A stretch of DNA of 63,996 nucleotides, the filler included, from Kipferlia bialata (Eukaryota): assembly GCA_003568945.1 (NCBI GenBank). It is 3 parts of 3 records of this genome, joined end to end, with 100 filler letters (N's around TTAATTAATTAA, not from the genome) between each part and the next. Parts side by side here need not be neighbours in the genome. Positions count along the whole stretch, not along the records: positions 1 to 21,645 come from BDIP01000319.1; 2 more parts are not named here. One strand, 5' to 3'. Numbering within the stretch: position 1 is the first letter of the stretch; the number at the start of each line of letters is the position of its first letter. The notes beneath the pieces are model-generated. The model saw only the letters and a program-made list of their open reading frames with translations. It made no database searches and had not been told where the DNA came from. Below are positions 1 through 14,924 of this stretch, in pieces. Position numbers and translations under genes: made by a program.

Positions 1-391
1 TCCTTTTTTCCCCCCCCTCCCCCCCCCCCCCCCCCCCTCCTTTCCCAGTATCCTCCTCGGTACCTTAGTATTGCGTGCCCCTCTGACCCCAGTGTGTCCT
101 GTCCAGGCCCTATCCTTCCAGGACCCAGTGGAAGAGTGAGTTAACAACAAATGACAATATCCTACAATTGGTAAGAGACACAGATGCTCTTTGTCATTAG
201 GTACCACTCCACTGTGTAGTACAACTTCCATATAATTCTCACCTTCAATTGAAAATCACAAAGTGTTTCATGGGTGTGATACATAGAGTGATGTATCACA
301 ATATGACACATATTTGATGTGACTCCTACGCGTGGTGACAAGAGACCAAAAGAGAATATAGTCTATTCGGAAGCCACCATTCCAATAGACA

Positions 392-1348
392 TCAGCCTGG
401 CATATTCCTCAGCTTGATAGGCGACACCTTGAGCCTCTGTATGATGGAGGACAGGTCCCGCTGCCTGCTCTCCTCCGGGGACAGACATGTATCTGACAGG
501 CCCAGTGGCTCAGGAGATGCGACCTCCCTACCCACGCCAATATCCGGCCTCCCATACCCAGGGGGGTCGCGAGGCACTGAGAGTGGAACGGGCATGTCGG
601 CATAGCTGCCGAGGGGGGATATCTCGGGGGAGCCACCTCCATGGTGCACACCCCTACCAATGACACCCATACCCAGGACAGGGGATGGGGGAGTGTAGGT
701 CTGGGGCGCCGTGCCCGCCCTATCGGGTGGACTGGCGGGGGTGCCCTCCCTCTCTCTCTCTCTCACTGGCGTGGCATACAGGACAGGGGTGCCCGGGGCC
801 TCGTCGAGGACAACGCTCTGTGCCAGATAGTCTGGGTCCAGGGGACTTGACTCCATGGGCCTTGGGTCAATAGCACTTGGGTCAATAGCACTTGGGTCAA
901 TAGGACCAGCCAGCCCGGAGATCTCTGCACCCTCAGTGTCCCCCACCTCTGCATCAATATCAGGGCCAGATGCAGCCTCTGGGGTCCTGCTAGGTATGAT
1001 ACTAGGTTGCCGTGGGGACCCTTGGGGGGAGAGGGATGGGAGAGAGGATCTGGCTGGGGACAGGCTGCCATCTCTGGGACCACCCCCATGCCCATACAGC
1101 GGCACATCACGATACGACACACTGGGGACACCACCCCATGCACCCCTCCCGTCACTAGTACCGCTAGGGTATGCCCCAGTCAGGAACACTCGGAACGGAC
1201 TCCGCTTCTTCAGACTCTGACAGCCTGGGATTGGGGGGGGGGGTATGTGTCTTGTGTGTTGCGTATACATATACACCTACCTGTGTCCACCATCAGATGT
1301 TGATAGCTGTCCCAGGCACCGACAGCATTCACTCGGCACACATAGCCC
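392..1348 (-). CDS. Hypothetical protein, 3' part only (two exons; Pro/Ser-rich low-complexity C-terminus); 5' end lost at the poly-G junction
   Basis: Exon 1348-1281 (GYVCRVNAVGAWDSYQHLMVDT) joins by a GT..CCCAG intron in frame to a long terminal exon (GCQSLKKRSPF...RNMPG*) that stops at 392. No recognisable domain. Confidence 0.6.
857..903 (-). repeat. 15-bp coding tandem repeat (IDPSA x2 plus a partial third unit, IDP)
   Basis: Repeated cttgggtcaatagca-like units, matching PIDPSAIDPSAIDP in the ORF. Confidence 0.85.
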
Positions 1349-1405
1349 CTGAATATGAACATACTGGAAACCCCACGAAGAAATGAGGAAAGGGAGGTTG
1401 GTGCG

Positions 1406-1458
<53 letters not shown>

Positions 1459-1513
1459 GTATATATACTAGACATACACACACACATATATATATATATA
1501 GCTACATCCATAC

Positions 1514-2243
1514 CTGGGGCTGCATCTGCATGGGCTGCTGGGCGTACTGGGGAGGGGACTGCACAACAGTGGTGACAGAGCCACCCTGGGCGTAGCATCC
1601 GTTACGGATGTTGGCGGCCTAAGAGGTGAGAAGGGAAGAAGAGCAGGGAAATGGTCAACACATACAGTTAATGTATGTACTATGACATGTGCACTGTACC
1701 TGCACGTGGGAGGGCATGAGGCAGAGGTCGATGAGGGCCCAGAGGCCGAATCCGCCCATGGTCAGGATGTAGAGGATGCCGACGCAGATGTTGCCGAGGT
1801 AGAAGTGGTGGCACGAGATGAGCCAGAACAGGTAGGCAACGCAGGTGTCCTTGGGGGCGCGCATGGGGCCGGCGCTCTGGATAGTGGTGGTCTGGGGTGG
1901 GATTGGAAGGGTGCCAAGCATTCAGGTATAAATATACGTGGTAGTCTACACGCAGCATATGGGGAGAAAATGAGAATAACGGGCAGGTCGAAAATACCCC
2001 GCTCAAACCTCATACCGTAGAAATACCATGCAACACAGACAGAGACTAGTGATATATTACACAAGAACAACATATTCAAAGGCACTACGTCCACAAACAC
2101 TGAATACTCGATGAAAGAAGTTGAAGAATTGCATTACTGAATATAATGTCTCAGAAGCCGGTAAAAGCGAGGAATGACCCGATAAAAAGGATAGCAGTAC
2201 CAATACCATCAGAACACCTTGAATTACTGTATCTCACCTGCAT
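1514..2243 (-). CDS. TM2-domain-containing membrane protein (3' end truncated at poly-G)
   Basis: Exon 1891-1700 encodes KDTCVAYLFWLISCHHFYLGNICVGILYILTMGGFGLWALIDLCLMP, a TM2 signature (K...AY.LW...G.H.FYLG....G.L...T.GG.G.W..ID). Exon 1618-1514 encodes a Gln/Pro-rich tail. A putative first coding exon ATGCAG|GTGAG lies at 2243-2238. Confidence 0.85.
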
Positions 2244-2404
2244 TCTAGAGTTTCCTAAAGAGCTTGTCAGCTTGCTTTGTTCAGACAGTCAGAATAATCC
2301 GAATATCCGTTTCTATTTTTAGACCATATGGACCACTGTACACCGTATCCCGTTTTCACTCGAAGTGACATGCCCAAGTCTATAACACTCTCACAACACC
2401 TCTA

Positions 2405-5400
2405 TTATTGAAACTGCCATCGCCCCCCGTCTCTGTCTCTCTGCCTCCTGTCCTCCTCCCACCTGCTGAGTGCCTGGCAGGCTATCTGGGACAGCAGCAC
2501 ACACTGTCCGGCAATGTCTCTGGCAGCCACCCTCTCTCTCTCCCTCTGCCCCCTCTCCTCCTGTCTCTGTGTCACACATAGACTGGCAGAGGGGACAGGA
2601 GGGGGGTCGGCACTGTCTCTTCCCGTATGTGTGGGGGCATGGGTAGGTACAGACCCACTGACAGTCTCCTCCTGTGTTGCCTGCTCTGACCCAGTAGTGA
2701 CAGTGTCTGCTGCTGGACCATGACTTATACTATCAGCAGCACCCGCTGTCTCACTCGTGCCCCCTCTCTCCAGGGTTTGGGGGGAGTCCCGGCTCTCTCT
2801 GCCCCTCCCCCTCCCCCTCCACCTGAAGAGCCGTCTCCGAGAGTGTCCACCATTATGGTGGCCATGTACCCCTGTCTCTAGCTGTACAGCATGCCCCTCT
2901 CTCTCTGCATGTGTTGTACCATCACTAGTGCCAGTACCAGGTGAGGGTGCCAGATAGGTGGACACGAGGGTGGAGGAGGGAGGGCCTATGGGGTAAGGGG
3001 GGTCACAATAAGCACCAAATGCTATGTGTACACAATACACAATACACAATAAAACACAATAAAAGCTTGTACACATACCCTCTGGACTTGGCACCTGTCT
3101 CACGTGTATGTCACACCCCGCCAGTCTGGCTGCCCTGCGGCACAGCCTCTCTCTCTCCCTGGCGTCAACGTATATGTATATATACATCATCATAGAACCC
3201 AGATTCATTGATTCATATCCTCTCTCACAGGGTAATTAGTATATCCTATGTATATATGGTATATATGGCACACCTGCACCCCTCCATCCAGGGCACAGCT
3301 GTCACAGGTGCAGTATGGGTGTGTGGGGGTGGTCGAGACAGAGAGTGGCTGGGAGGAGGGGCCTGGGGTTACAGTAGATAGAGACGATAACGAGTAGTAT
3401 CACATTTTATGAAATGGCGTGTATGATAGTACCTTCTCCGTTTCAGTCCCTCTAGTATCACGCTCCCTCTCTCTCTCCCTCTCTGTCTCAACTGGCACTT
3501 GGTCACTATCCCTAGTGACTCTCCCTGCCACACTGACCTATCGGGTGAGGGGAAGAAGTTAGGGGGCATTTACCGATAGCCATAGCAAAAACAGGAAGCA
3601 CTGAAATATTGAGTGTATGATAACACAACACACAAATATAGATGGATACATGAATGGCGTGTACACAGTATGATACTCACCACCGCATCCACGAGTGCCT
3701 GTGAGTGTACTAGACACTGGGACACCCCATAATCATGCATCAGGGGGAGCTGGTGGTAGGAAGCTTGACGGCAATAAGAATTATACACAATAATCCATAT
3801 ATATACACATAGTATTCATACTGTATACACTAAGGTCATGCAACCGGGGGAGCTAAGGTCAGGGTGAGAGACAGTAGTACTCGAAGTGATCATGCGTGTC
3901 CTATAGTGTTTGTGCGAATGTAAGTGGACATATATACATCAATACACACCTGCATGCTCGAGTCCCTGACCGCTGCCCCGTATGTCTGGGCCAACCAGAC
4001 CCAGTACCGGGTGGGGGCCTGGGGTGGGGTGAGGGGGAAGTTCATGATACAAACAACATCATCCTGCTACCCGCCCATCTATGTGGTGAATAGGTCAGAT
4101 AGATCTACATGTATGACGCACCTTGTCCCTGTACCCCAATGCCTACAAGTTGTACATATTAAGCATATACCAGATGATCAATGCTTCACATACCTTGTCC
4201 CTGTAGCCCAGGGCAGCCAGGGTCACCTCCACTGTTGAGACATAGGAGTACACGCCACACAGCCTGAAGGCCCTGGGGGGTAAGCAGTGTGAACTATATA
4301 TGATTGTAAATTCCCAATGGTGTAATGAGTCATTAGGCCTATAAATGACTATGTGATATTGACATCACTAACCTTCCCGCCTCTGGTGAGAAAAACTGGT
4401 TGCCTGTGTTGATGTTGGGAACTCTGCAGCCCTAGAGGGTGAGAGAAGTACACTATCTTAGTATCTATGGGACATATGGTATTGTGAAAGAACATGTGTG
4501 TACCTGGAATGCCCCCATCTGAGCTCTGAACATGTTGTTGGACGGGGAGCACACAGTGATTCCTGGGGTGAGGGGGAATAGAATGCATGCATATGTATAG
4601 AGGCAATTCATGCAGAACCATTACATATGCAAACACATATCCACACCTGTCTGGGTCTGCACACTGAGTGACCCCATCCTGGGCACCAGCCAGAACCACA
4701 GGAGACCACCACCCTGAGGGGTCAGAATGACAATGGATATATATGTATATAGCACAGTAGATGTGAAGTTGTATACCAGCGTGGGTGAGTGTTTGGTGGT
4801 TATGTATGTGAAATTGTGTGTGTCTAGCCTATACCCACCGGTGTCACTATGGGATCCCCTCTCGATGTGAATCTGTCTGTGCCAGGGCTAGGCGGGGGTC
4901 TGGGTCAGCGGAGAGACTAGTAGAGACGTAATTACATACACAAATACATCGAACACAATCGTGTATGAATTGTGCATTTGTCGATATTGACAGATCTCAT
5001 CTCAGTGACACATGACACCAGGGCACATACCTACATTGGTTGAGGCCTATGTTGGACAGGGATCCATAGGGGCCAGATCTACAGGTGAGGGGAGAGGAAG
5101 GTTCAGAAATACTAGTGTATAAATACAGACTATCGAGTATACCTTCCGTCCAGTCTGACGCATGCCTGATGAGGCTGCACCGGTCCATACTGCTCTCTAC
5201 CCTCTGTCTCTGTCTCAGTAGTGCCAGTTGGGTATAGCACCAGGGTATCAGCCCCGAAGGAGGAGACCTCTCTTTCTGTCTCTCTCTCCCCTGCCTCACT
5301 GTATGCACCCTCCCCTGTCAGTATCCGCTGTGTCTGTCTGAGGGTATGGGCAGTAGGGATACCCTCTCCCTCACCCTCCCCCTCATCCCTTGATGATGTC

Positions 5401-8400
5401 ACTTCCATGCACCACTGTGCTACTCTCTCTAGGGTATGCACACACTCGGCACCCAGTCGCCTCCCACTACTTCCGCTAGGCTGTCTTGTGCTATCACTGT
5501 ACACAGTAGATGATGTAGAGGAGTCTACCCTACTGACCATTCCACTCCCACCATCTCTCTCTCTATCCCCGAGGGGAGATGCATATGGTACAGGCATGAG
5601 GGGGGGTAGGGCACGATCAACACCAGCATGGGAGGGAGGGTCATGTCTCTCCCTCTCACCACTCAGCCCATCTCTGCTGTCTCCATGTACCCTATGTGTA
5701 CTGGGTACAGATGCAGCCAGACCATGCTCGGGACCCTGGGCCTTGCCTGGTGGTAAGAACTCTAAACAAGTAGAATGTATGACTGCTGCAGTACAATACA
5801 CTAATAGTGTTTTGAATACCTGACGCCGATGCAACTGATGCCCCACTGTACCCTTCCACCCCCTCTGCATCTAGCGGTGATATAGGAGAGGTGAAGGAGG
5901 CAGCAAAGCCCCCACTCGATATTTCACTGGATAGGGGTACACTACCAGATACACCACTGGTGGAGAGAGATGTGTCCAGCTTAGTAGTGGGTCTCTCTAC
6001 CCCATGTACTGTGATGGATAGGGGGAGAGACACAGGGGAGTGGTCTGGTCTGGGGGTATCCTCTGCTATACCCTCACTCATGGTACTCTGGATACTGTCG
6101 ACAGGACTCCCTAGCAGCGTGAACCCAGGTGACATGCCCTGAGTGGTACACTCTGACACACCTGGGGTGGACACACTCTCCCCCTCACTCTCCCCCTCAC
6201 TCTCTCCCTCACTCTCCTCAGTGTCAGTCAGGGGGTCGTGTAGAACAGGCACCAGGGATCCATGACTACCTGACATAGCAACACTGTCTACAGTGTGCCT
6301 GGTGTCACCACTAGTGGCACTACTGCTGGGTTGGGGCACTTCACTCTCCAGGTACCCAGTGTCGGCCACTGGTTCACTCCCGTCTCCCTCCCCACCATCT
6401 CTCCCTCTCTCTATGTCTCCCTCTTCCTCAGTGTCTATTCCACTATCCTTGGTATGTACCACAGGGGCAGAGGACGGGGCAGCATCACGGCCACTCAGCC
6501 TGAAGGGGTAAGGTATGCACCAGCAACATACTGTATCCTATATGTCAAGTAGTATAATCTCGTACCTATCCACTATACCCCGTGTTGCTCTCTTCAGTCT
6601 CAGGGACTCTCGGATGTGACCTATGAGTTGGGGGTAAAAAGGAGGACAACAGCTGACAACATATACCTGTTACTCACATCGTTATGCCATTCTCGATATA
6701 TATCAAGCGCTATAGACATATCCAATTCACCTAGCAGCTCCGGCCTATGCCTGGTGTGCACGTTGGTCCCAGTGTCACTCTCATATGGGTGTCTGATGAA
6801 GTTGAGTCTCGCATTCCTGGGGGTCAGACTCCTCACAATCCACTTCTCTCGCTATACACCTACCAAATGACTCCCCCACCTGTATCTCTGCACCCATACC
6901 CATGCCCTCTGTCTGGCTTTACACCAAATTACGTCACATGCAGTTTACTATATATACTCGTGTATAGCTATACTATGTATACTGCCCACCTGTATCTCTG
7001 CACCCCCACCCCCGCCCTCTGCCTGGCTATGTCGATGGTGGACTCAACCCTGGGGACAGACCGGAGGAGCATGCCTAGGAGTCAGGATGTATATAGGCAT
7101 ATACATATATAATTCGATACTTTGGGCACAGACCGGAGGAGCATGCCTAGAGGGTTTGTCTGTATATATATACACGTATATGGTTGTCATAAGCAAATAC
7201 TAGCACGCTACCTCTACATGTGACTGGCAGTGACACTGCTGTCAGCCATGCCATGTCCTGCCACTGCACACACCTGGGGGGAGGGGAATAGAGAGATATA
7301 CATGACTATATATATATATACATGACTATATATATACTAGACTATATATATACATGACTATATATATATATATGTCATGCCATGTCCTGCCACTGCACAG
7401 ACCTGGGGTGAGGGGTATAGACATACACATATACAGATGTAAATATATACAACTACACTATATATACATGACTATATATATATGTCATGCCATGTCCTGC
7501 CACTGCACAGACCTGGGGGGGAAGGGTATAAATACTAGAATACACGTATGCAGGTATACACAGTATATAATATATAGTATATATAGTATACATTACACCC
7601 ACCTCCCCTCCCCTCCAGGCCATGTCTCCCCTATGGATGCACTCCCTGTGCCAGAGTGCTGCCCTATCGATGCCCTCCCAGCCACCACAACCTGCTTGGC
7701 CCTCTTGGCCAGAATGCGCTGGGCACGCGGGATCTGGGGGTGAGGGTTTCTATATATAGGGGTGAAATGTGTATACACGGATGCATTTGTGCCTCAATGC
7801 ACCCACGTTCTCCCTACCTGCCCCACGTTGAGGTCCTCGTCTGCACCTAGATACTGCACACAAGCCTGGGGTCAGGTGTGGACAGAGGATAAGAAGAGTC
7901 TGTAACCATGTCACAAGGGACACCATACATCAGACCCCACCTTGAGCACCGCTCTGTCCACCTCTCTCAGCAATAATTGCATATACAACCATGTTAATGT
8001 CTATATAGTATAGCTCTGTCTTTCTCGTTGATCGTTCTGTACATTACCTTGAGCACCGCCCTGTCTACCTCTCTCTCCTCCCTTTGGGACCTGACCTGAG
8101 GGTAAGGGAGTGTATACTGAACATCACTATACCCATATCCACTATACACTCCATATATCACCCATCCCTCACCCGTGTGCCGTCTGTGTGTGTGGGAGCA
8201 AGGACAGTGAAGTCCTGCTTGACAGTCCTGGAAAGGTCAGTGTACATACAAGTATACTTCAAGAATCAGGGTAAGACAGGATATTGAAATGTCCTTCCCT
8301 GTACCTAGTGTGTCTCTGCCTCTGCCGCTCCCTCCCTCTGTCTGAGGCCTGGGGTCAGGTGGTAGACAGATACGTATACTAGTTGTCCTGATTAGATACA

Positions 8401-9210
8401 TACACAAGTATCCTCGTAGAGTGGACACACACCTGGATCAAGTGTTCGAACTCATGTCGTTTGACTCGATCACCCCCAGCCTTGATGCTCTGGGGGTAAG
8501 GGTAGTACGAGTGCATGGGTCTTACTAACCACAACAATGCAGTCTTACAACCAGTGTCGGTATGGGAACCTGCAGAGAAACTGACACTCATATCTAGCTG
8601 AAACCCAAACCTTCTCATCTCCACATGCATATACTGGCATCCCTATGCTGGAGGGCAGGGCGGCTGATGTCTGCATGTCCAGGCGCTCGGCACTCTTGAT
8701 CAGGACTGGGAGGTCAGATAGATGCTCTAGAGAGGATTCCAGTGGGTTCACATACATACGAGGTCAGACATGGTGGATAGTGAACAACCATTTCGCAATG
8801 TGTATAGATGAGACCCCACTCAGTTATGTCACTTAGGTAATTATGTAATGATACATACATATATATGGGGGATAAGTACTCTCACCCAGTGACTCTGTGG
8901 CCCCACTCTGCATGGCTAGACCTATTCTCTACGTACACATATATATACATATATGGATGCATACTGTATCTACTATGACTGTCTATGGTCTCACCCAGTG
9001 ACATTGTTGCCCCACTCTGCATGGGCTCAGAGTCCACAGCGATGATGGGGTATCTGGGGGGGGTGAGGTAACAATAAACATATGAATGTAACAATAGACA
9101 CATGAAAGTATAGATGTATATTACACCACCACTAGGTATTCATGTATGTATATATATATACTATATATACCTGTCCTGCACCAGATGCACCCAGCCATAC
9201 ATACATGTAC

Positions 9211-9241
<31 letters not shown>

Positions 9242-12200
9242 GATATATATATATATATGATTCCTATCCATACATGTCCTGCACGAGATGCACCCAGCCA
9301 TTGATACCCCTAAATGTACATATACATACGAGAAGAGGCTAGAAATGAATACCCACACTAATATAGATACCTATGTCAATCCATATATATATATGTATAT
9401 ACCTGTCCTGCACCAGATGCACCCAGCTGGCCGTGTTGTCACTGTGCCCACCATCGGTCAGGAATAGGGCGGGGAGGCGCTTCAGCCACTTGTCCAGCTC
9501 GGGTCTAAGGTCAGGCCGGGGAATAGGCCAACACTACACTCCATATACACTATAGAGACTATGTACCTAGTCCTTGGGGCCCCTGCACTGAGAGCAAATG
9601 ATACAGTGAGGGACCGGCCTAGCACCATCTGTGGAGTCAGGAAGTACTCGTAGTAGGCATCATTGCAATACAAGTGTGATGTGGTGAATATGTATGTATA
9701 TGCATACCTTCCATCTGGTTGGGGCTGGCAGGCACACAAGCACAAAGATGGCTGGGGTGGGTGTCATAGGATGAGGACACAAAGGTCATAGAATGAGAGG
9801 ATATATATTGTACATGATATATACGTATATATATGTATATGTATACACCCCCACGTACTGACCACCAGGCACAGTATGTTAGTGACTATGGCCAGGCTGA
9901 AGGCCTCATCATAGTCAAACCCATCGATGGCCCTGGGGTTGGATACATATCTCCATTTGAATAGAGTATACATATATATATATTATCACATGCACTATGG
10001 CTAAAAGCAGCTTCTTCGTAGTCAACCCCATCGATGGCCCTGGGTGTAAGGTATGAGGCAGAGCGGTATGCATACAACTGTACCCAGCAGGGGCATACGA
10101 AGGATGTAGGAGTTAACATGGAGGGTACACAGACATGACATTATGATAGTGCACTCTCTCTCCATCACTACCTGTCTGCAGAGTACTCTGCCAACCGACA
10201 ACATACAGAGTACCATCACCCCACATGTGTGCAGTATATGTATTCGTACTATGCCCCCACCTGTATGCAAAGTACTCTGCCACAAAGAAGCCTGCGGCCA
10301 GGACAGAGAACAGGATGTCAAAGGCAAAGAGAGAGAAGCGGTGGCTGGGGGTAGACAGGGAGAGGGAGAGGATTGAGCTACAACTCAATATATAGGAAGT
10401 CAACGTGAATGGCGGGGGAGTGGGTATGGCTTATACCTAGGCTCCAGCACCCATGGACAGTACATATATATATAGAGTATGAAGTATATATGGTACTATA
10501 TGTGATACATGGCATGTATGCTATATGTTGTATACCTAGGCTCCAGCACCCATGCCCCCATGGAGAGTGCTAGGAACTGGATCAAGGTGCCAATGCCACC
10601 TAGCAGACCTGGGGCATAAGAATCAACATCACGACTTGTTCCATATATCTTGTACATCAGAGAAGGTTACATTGTCACCCCACAGGAACACTACTGCTGT
10701 TACACATAACGATAATATAACAGACTATAAGTGTCTCATACCCTGCAGTCTGTCCATGTTGTGTGCCACTGGCACCCTACAAATTGTGTAACACTCTTGT
10801 GTATAGACACATTGCATATAGTATATACATCCACTATATCATACCCTGCAGTCTCCCCATGTTGTGTGCAAGGGCTACCAAGTGACACACTATAAATTAT
10901 GCAACGTTCTACCACATAGCCACATTGTATATGAATATCCATCCACTATGTCTTACCCTGCAGTCTCCCCATGTTGTGTGCCAGTGCCGCCCCACTGACT
11001 GCCACAGCAGTGATGAGCTGGATGTCCTTGAGCCACTCAATGGTGACCTGGGCATAAACAGAATATCTCTATATAAACAGAGTATCTCTTATACACCATA
11101 ATGAACAGAGTCACTCTGGGGGAGGACAGAGGAAACGTGATTCTAAATGTATTGTGTGCTATGACACTGCCACCCCCACCTCTGGTATGGTCCCAGCTGG
11201 CGGTTCCAGTTCATCTGGTCTGAACCAGTACATCTTGCCACCAGACGATGTTAACACAAGCATGGACCTGGGGGGTGAGGTATACAGGGTGAGATGGTTC
11301 AACTATAGTCTGATAGTGTCTACCCGAGAATGTCCTCTGCCAGAAATGCCAGAGCTAGTAATATATGTGACAGTATCTACCAGCGTACAGAATGACACAC
11401 GAAGACCATGAGTAGTAGCCTCTACCTGAGGCTGTCCTCTGCTAGGTATGCCAGGTGGCACAATGATAGAGTATGTAGAATGTATAGGATATACTTAATA
11501 TGGTGTATGACAGTATACACCTGAGGCTGTCCTCTGCGAGATATGCCAGGTGGCACACAATGTTATACCGGTCAGAGACATCGCTGGGGGGTCAGGGCAC
11601 ACTATATATACAAATCAAAACACACACATATATATATATCATCTACCTCATCTGTCTGCTCTGGCTGTATGTAATCTCGTCCAGACTGGAGGTGGCGTCG
11701 TGGTAGAAGGACCGAAGAATGGCACCCCTGGGGTAAGGATGCATGGGGAATATGTATGTGCATATAGAGAGTTCCTATACACACACTCATACCCCACCTG
11801 AACAGTCTGTGTGCCCCGCTGTCCCTTATCATCTCCAGGAATGGCCACATGACTATGATACCCATGCAGGCCCAGTCAAGGCCTGGGGTAAGTAAGTCCA
11901 GTTGATAGGAGGTGAACGACACACGTATGCCAATAATACACTCACCAGGTGCCCAAATGAACGGGTCCAGCACTTCTATGTCCACATGACAAGGCATATA
12001 TATGTATATATATATAACCTTGATGTGTATGCATACACATATCGTCATACATACCTGGTGCCCAACTGAACGGGTCCAGCACTGCCCTGTCGACATAGTA
12101 GACCAGTCTGATGATAGCAACAGCCCCAAAGACTAGGACAGGGATGATGATGGACCAGTCTGGTGTTAGAGGCAGTGTATAGACACGAATATACACACAC

Positions 12201-14924
12201 ATACAATAATATATGGGTGTGTCAAAGACTAGGACAGGGATGATGATGGACCAGTCTGGGGGTGGGGTATGACATTAACCTATATATACATATGTATATA
12301 ATATTACATATATGCATAGTATATGTAAAAGTATGCCCCACCTGCCATGCTGAACAGCCTCAATAGAGTGATGCCCCCTAGGACTAGACAGCCCATGCCT
12401 ACCCAGATCAGGACCTGGGGTCAGACAGGAGATCACAAGGGTGGAAGACAAAGACTCACAGATATTACTATACAGGTGTTGTCATTATATACCCTCCACT
12501 CAGGTATCCCAGTGTCCAGCTGGGCCTACTCAAAGAATTCATAGCCAACATATATGGTAGCAGGGTATGGTACCAGCTATTGTAGTATATATGATCAGTA
12601 TCCACTTACATATCCGACTGTCTGCCCTGCTGTGCCTCCTCCAATACACATATATGTAGGCATATGGTACCGATTGGATATAACAAGTATAGTATATATA
12701 GATGCACTCACGTATCCGACTGTCTGCCCCGCTGTGCCTGGCCCACTGACCCACACCCATCGGAAGGCATACTGGGGGTGAGGGGTAGGACAAAGCGTAA
12801 TGGTCAGAGTGAGGTCATTGTCAAGTATATTTAGTGACACTCGGAATCCTAGACACCACTCACGAATGTTGTGATGAGGAGTGTGGACAGGCTGACCACC
12901 AGGAGCATCTGGGTCAGGGTCCTGGGGGGTGAGGCATAGTATGACATGTATATATATATATATAGCTTGACATTAAGTAATAGGATACAGTGCATCTGGG
13001 TCAGGGTCCTGGGGTTAGAGCACTGCGTGAAAATGAAATAGAGCTAGACACTAAGAAAAAGCATACCGTACCTGTACACATTGGAGAGTCGCCATGACCT
13101 CAGCCAGAACCTAGCTGTGCCCAGCCAGGTGGCCATGACGCCATAGACCAGGATGGAGGCTATGCAGACTGTTGTTAGATATACATACATATATATATAT
13201 ATAGATATAGACATAGATATTGGATATGGCCATGACGCAATAGACTAGGATGGAGGCTAGACAGCCTTGAGGAGTCAGACGACAGTGATCTAGGGTATAC
13301 ATAATGGAAAGGTTTGAGATAGAAAGCGACAGAGAGAGAGAGAGAGAGAGAGACGCAGGTGTGACGTACTGATTCCGAACACCATGAAGCCTGTGGATGC
13401 CGAGGCCACATCGATGGGTCTGAGGGGGTGAGACAGGGGAGAGAGGTAGATAAATATAGATATGTATATATATATAATGGGAGGGAGATTGAGAGATACT
13501 GGGGAAACATCAATGGGTCTGAAGGGGTAAGATAGGGATAGAGGAATGCACATAGAGAGAGAGGAGAGAAAGGCGGGTAAAAGAGTAATACAACCCTCCA
13601 CGTGAAGAGAGAGAGAGAGAAAACGAGAGGGAGAGGGAGAGAGATAATGTACCACACCTGAGGTCCAGCCAGTCGAAGAGTATCATGACGAGGAGGCCTG
13701 AGAAGACATAGGAGACGGCGAAGACAAGGATGAGGAGAAGGGCAACTGGGGTGAGGGGGGCAGAGACAATGATTTGCATTTCGACAATATATACTAGACA
13801 TTGGCTCAGTACACTCGCAACACTCACCCAGTAGACTGAAACAGAATGTGCAACTTGTAAATAGATAATAGATACTTGGTATATATGCTTGATATATAGG
13901 GGTATATACAATATACACCCACCCAGCAGACTGAACCAGAATGTTGCCCACCAGAACCTGGGCCAGGTGCCAAAGGTGTAGTTGGGGTTGGACAGGAACC
14001 TGGGGGGTAGGAGGGGAGTAGAGAATATATTCAGTACCTTGCCATCAATAAAGGAGAAGAGAAACACAGATACTCTCCCACTCAGATATATCACAACTGC
14101 CCACTTCTTGACCCTGTCATACTTTCTCTATATCTGACTCACAGTATAAACATACAGTAATACTAGAAGATATAGACATATAGATACATGTATACATATA
14201 CCTGTTGATGACCCTGTCATACTCCCTCTCGATCTCTGGCTCTCCATCCACAGGGGGAGGGTACACTCCCTGGCCCTGCATATCTGGGACAGACCCATCT
14301 CTCTCTGCTGAGGCAACATCACCCTCCCCTACCCCTTCGCCTCTGACACCACTATCTGATGCTTGTAGAGACTGTAGTGACTCTCCCTCTCTCTCCCCCT
14401 CACCTGCGCTTGATACATTAGACATACTAGAGGGTAGGAGTGATGTGAAGGAGGAGGTGGCCTCGTCATACACCCTGGACTGGACACCGGCCCTGAGGTG
14501 AGAGGTATATATACTATATACATATACATATTAATGGACTGCATACCATCCCTGGGGTGAGGGGAGACACATTCAATTACATATATGGATCAACATGTAT
14601 ATGAATACACTATCCCTGACCTGACCACTGTATGGGTGTGTCTGGCAGCAGAGTCAAACACAGCACCTGGGGGTGAGAGACTGTATTTACATACATACAC
14701 ATAACAGGGAGAGGGGGGAGGGAAGCACAGAGATACACATAGAGAAAGAGAGACCGTACCTGCGAAGAACCCCCCTCCTGAGACCGATGACACATTCCTG
14801 ACACGCATGCTGTCCCACACAGTGTTGGGGGTGTCTGTCTCTCCCTCTGTCTCCCCCTCCCTCTCTCCTTCTCCCTCTCCATCCCTGAGCATCTCTCTGA
14901 CATCTGCCATGGTGGATAGCACAC
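2405..14924 (-). CDS. Multi-transmembrane patatin/cPLA2-superfamily (lysophospholipase-like) protein, roughly 40 exons, 5' end missing
   Basis: Spliced motifs occur in order: GVLSTM (14924), NVSSVSGGGFFAG nucleophile elbow (14760-14797), many hydrophobic exons (9.7-14.0 kb), LFLTDGGHSDNT (9432-9467), PIIAVD, long S/E/G-rich insert (5.1-6.5 kb), GLLWFWLVPRM, VPNINTGNQFFSPEAGRAFRLCG (4.2-4.45 kb), stop at 2405. Exon phases were checked by hand from ~7.0 kb to the stop. Confidence 0.75.

Noticed and set aside
1408..1454. Long poly-G/poly-C runs (also 11-38, 15199-15267, 21760-21782) as G-quadruplex or telomeric elements
   Set aside because: They coincide with gene truncations and contig ends, so their lengths are probably sequencing or assembly artefacts.
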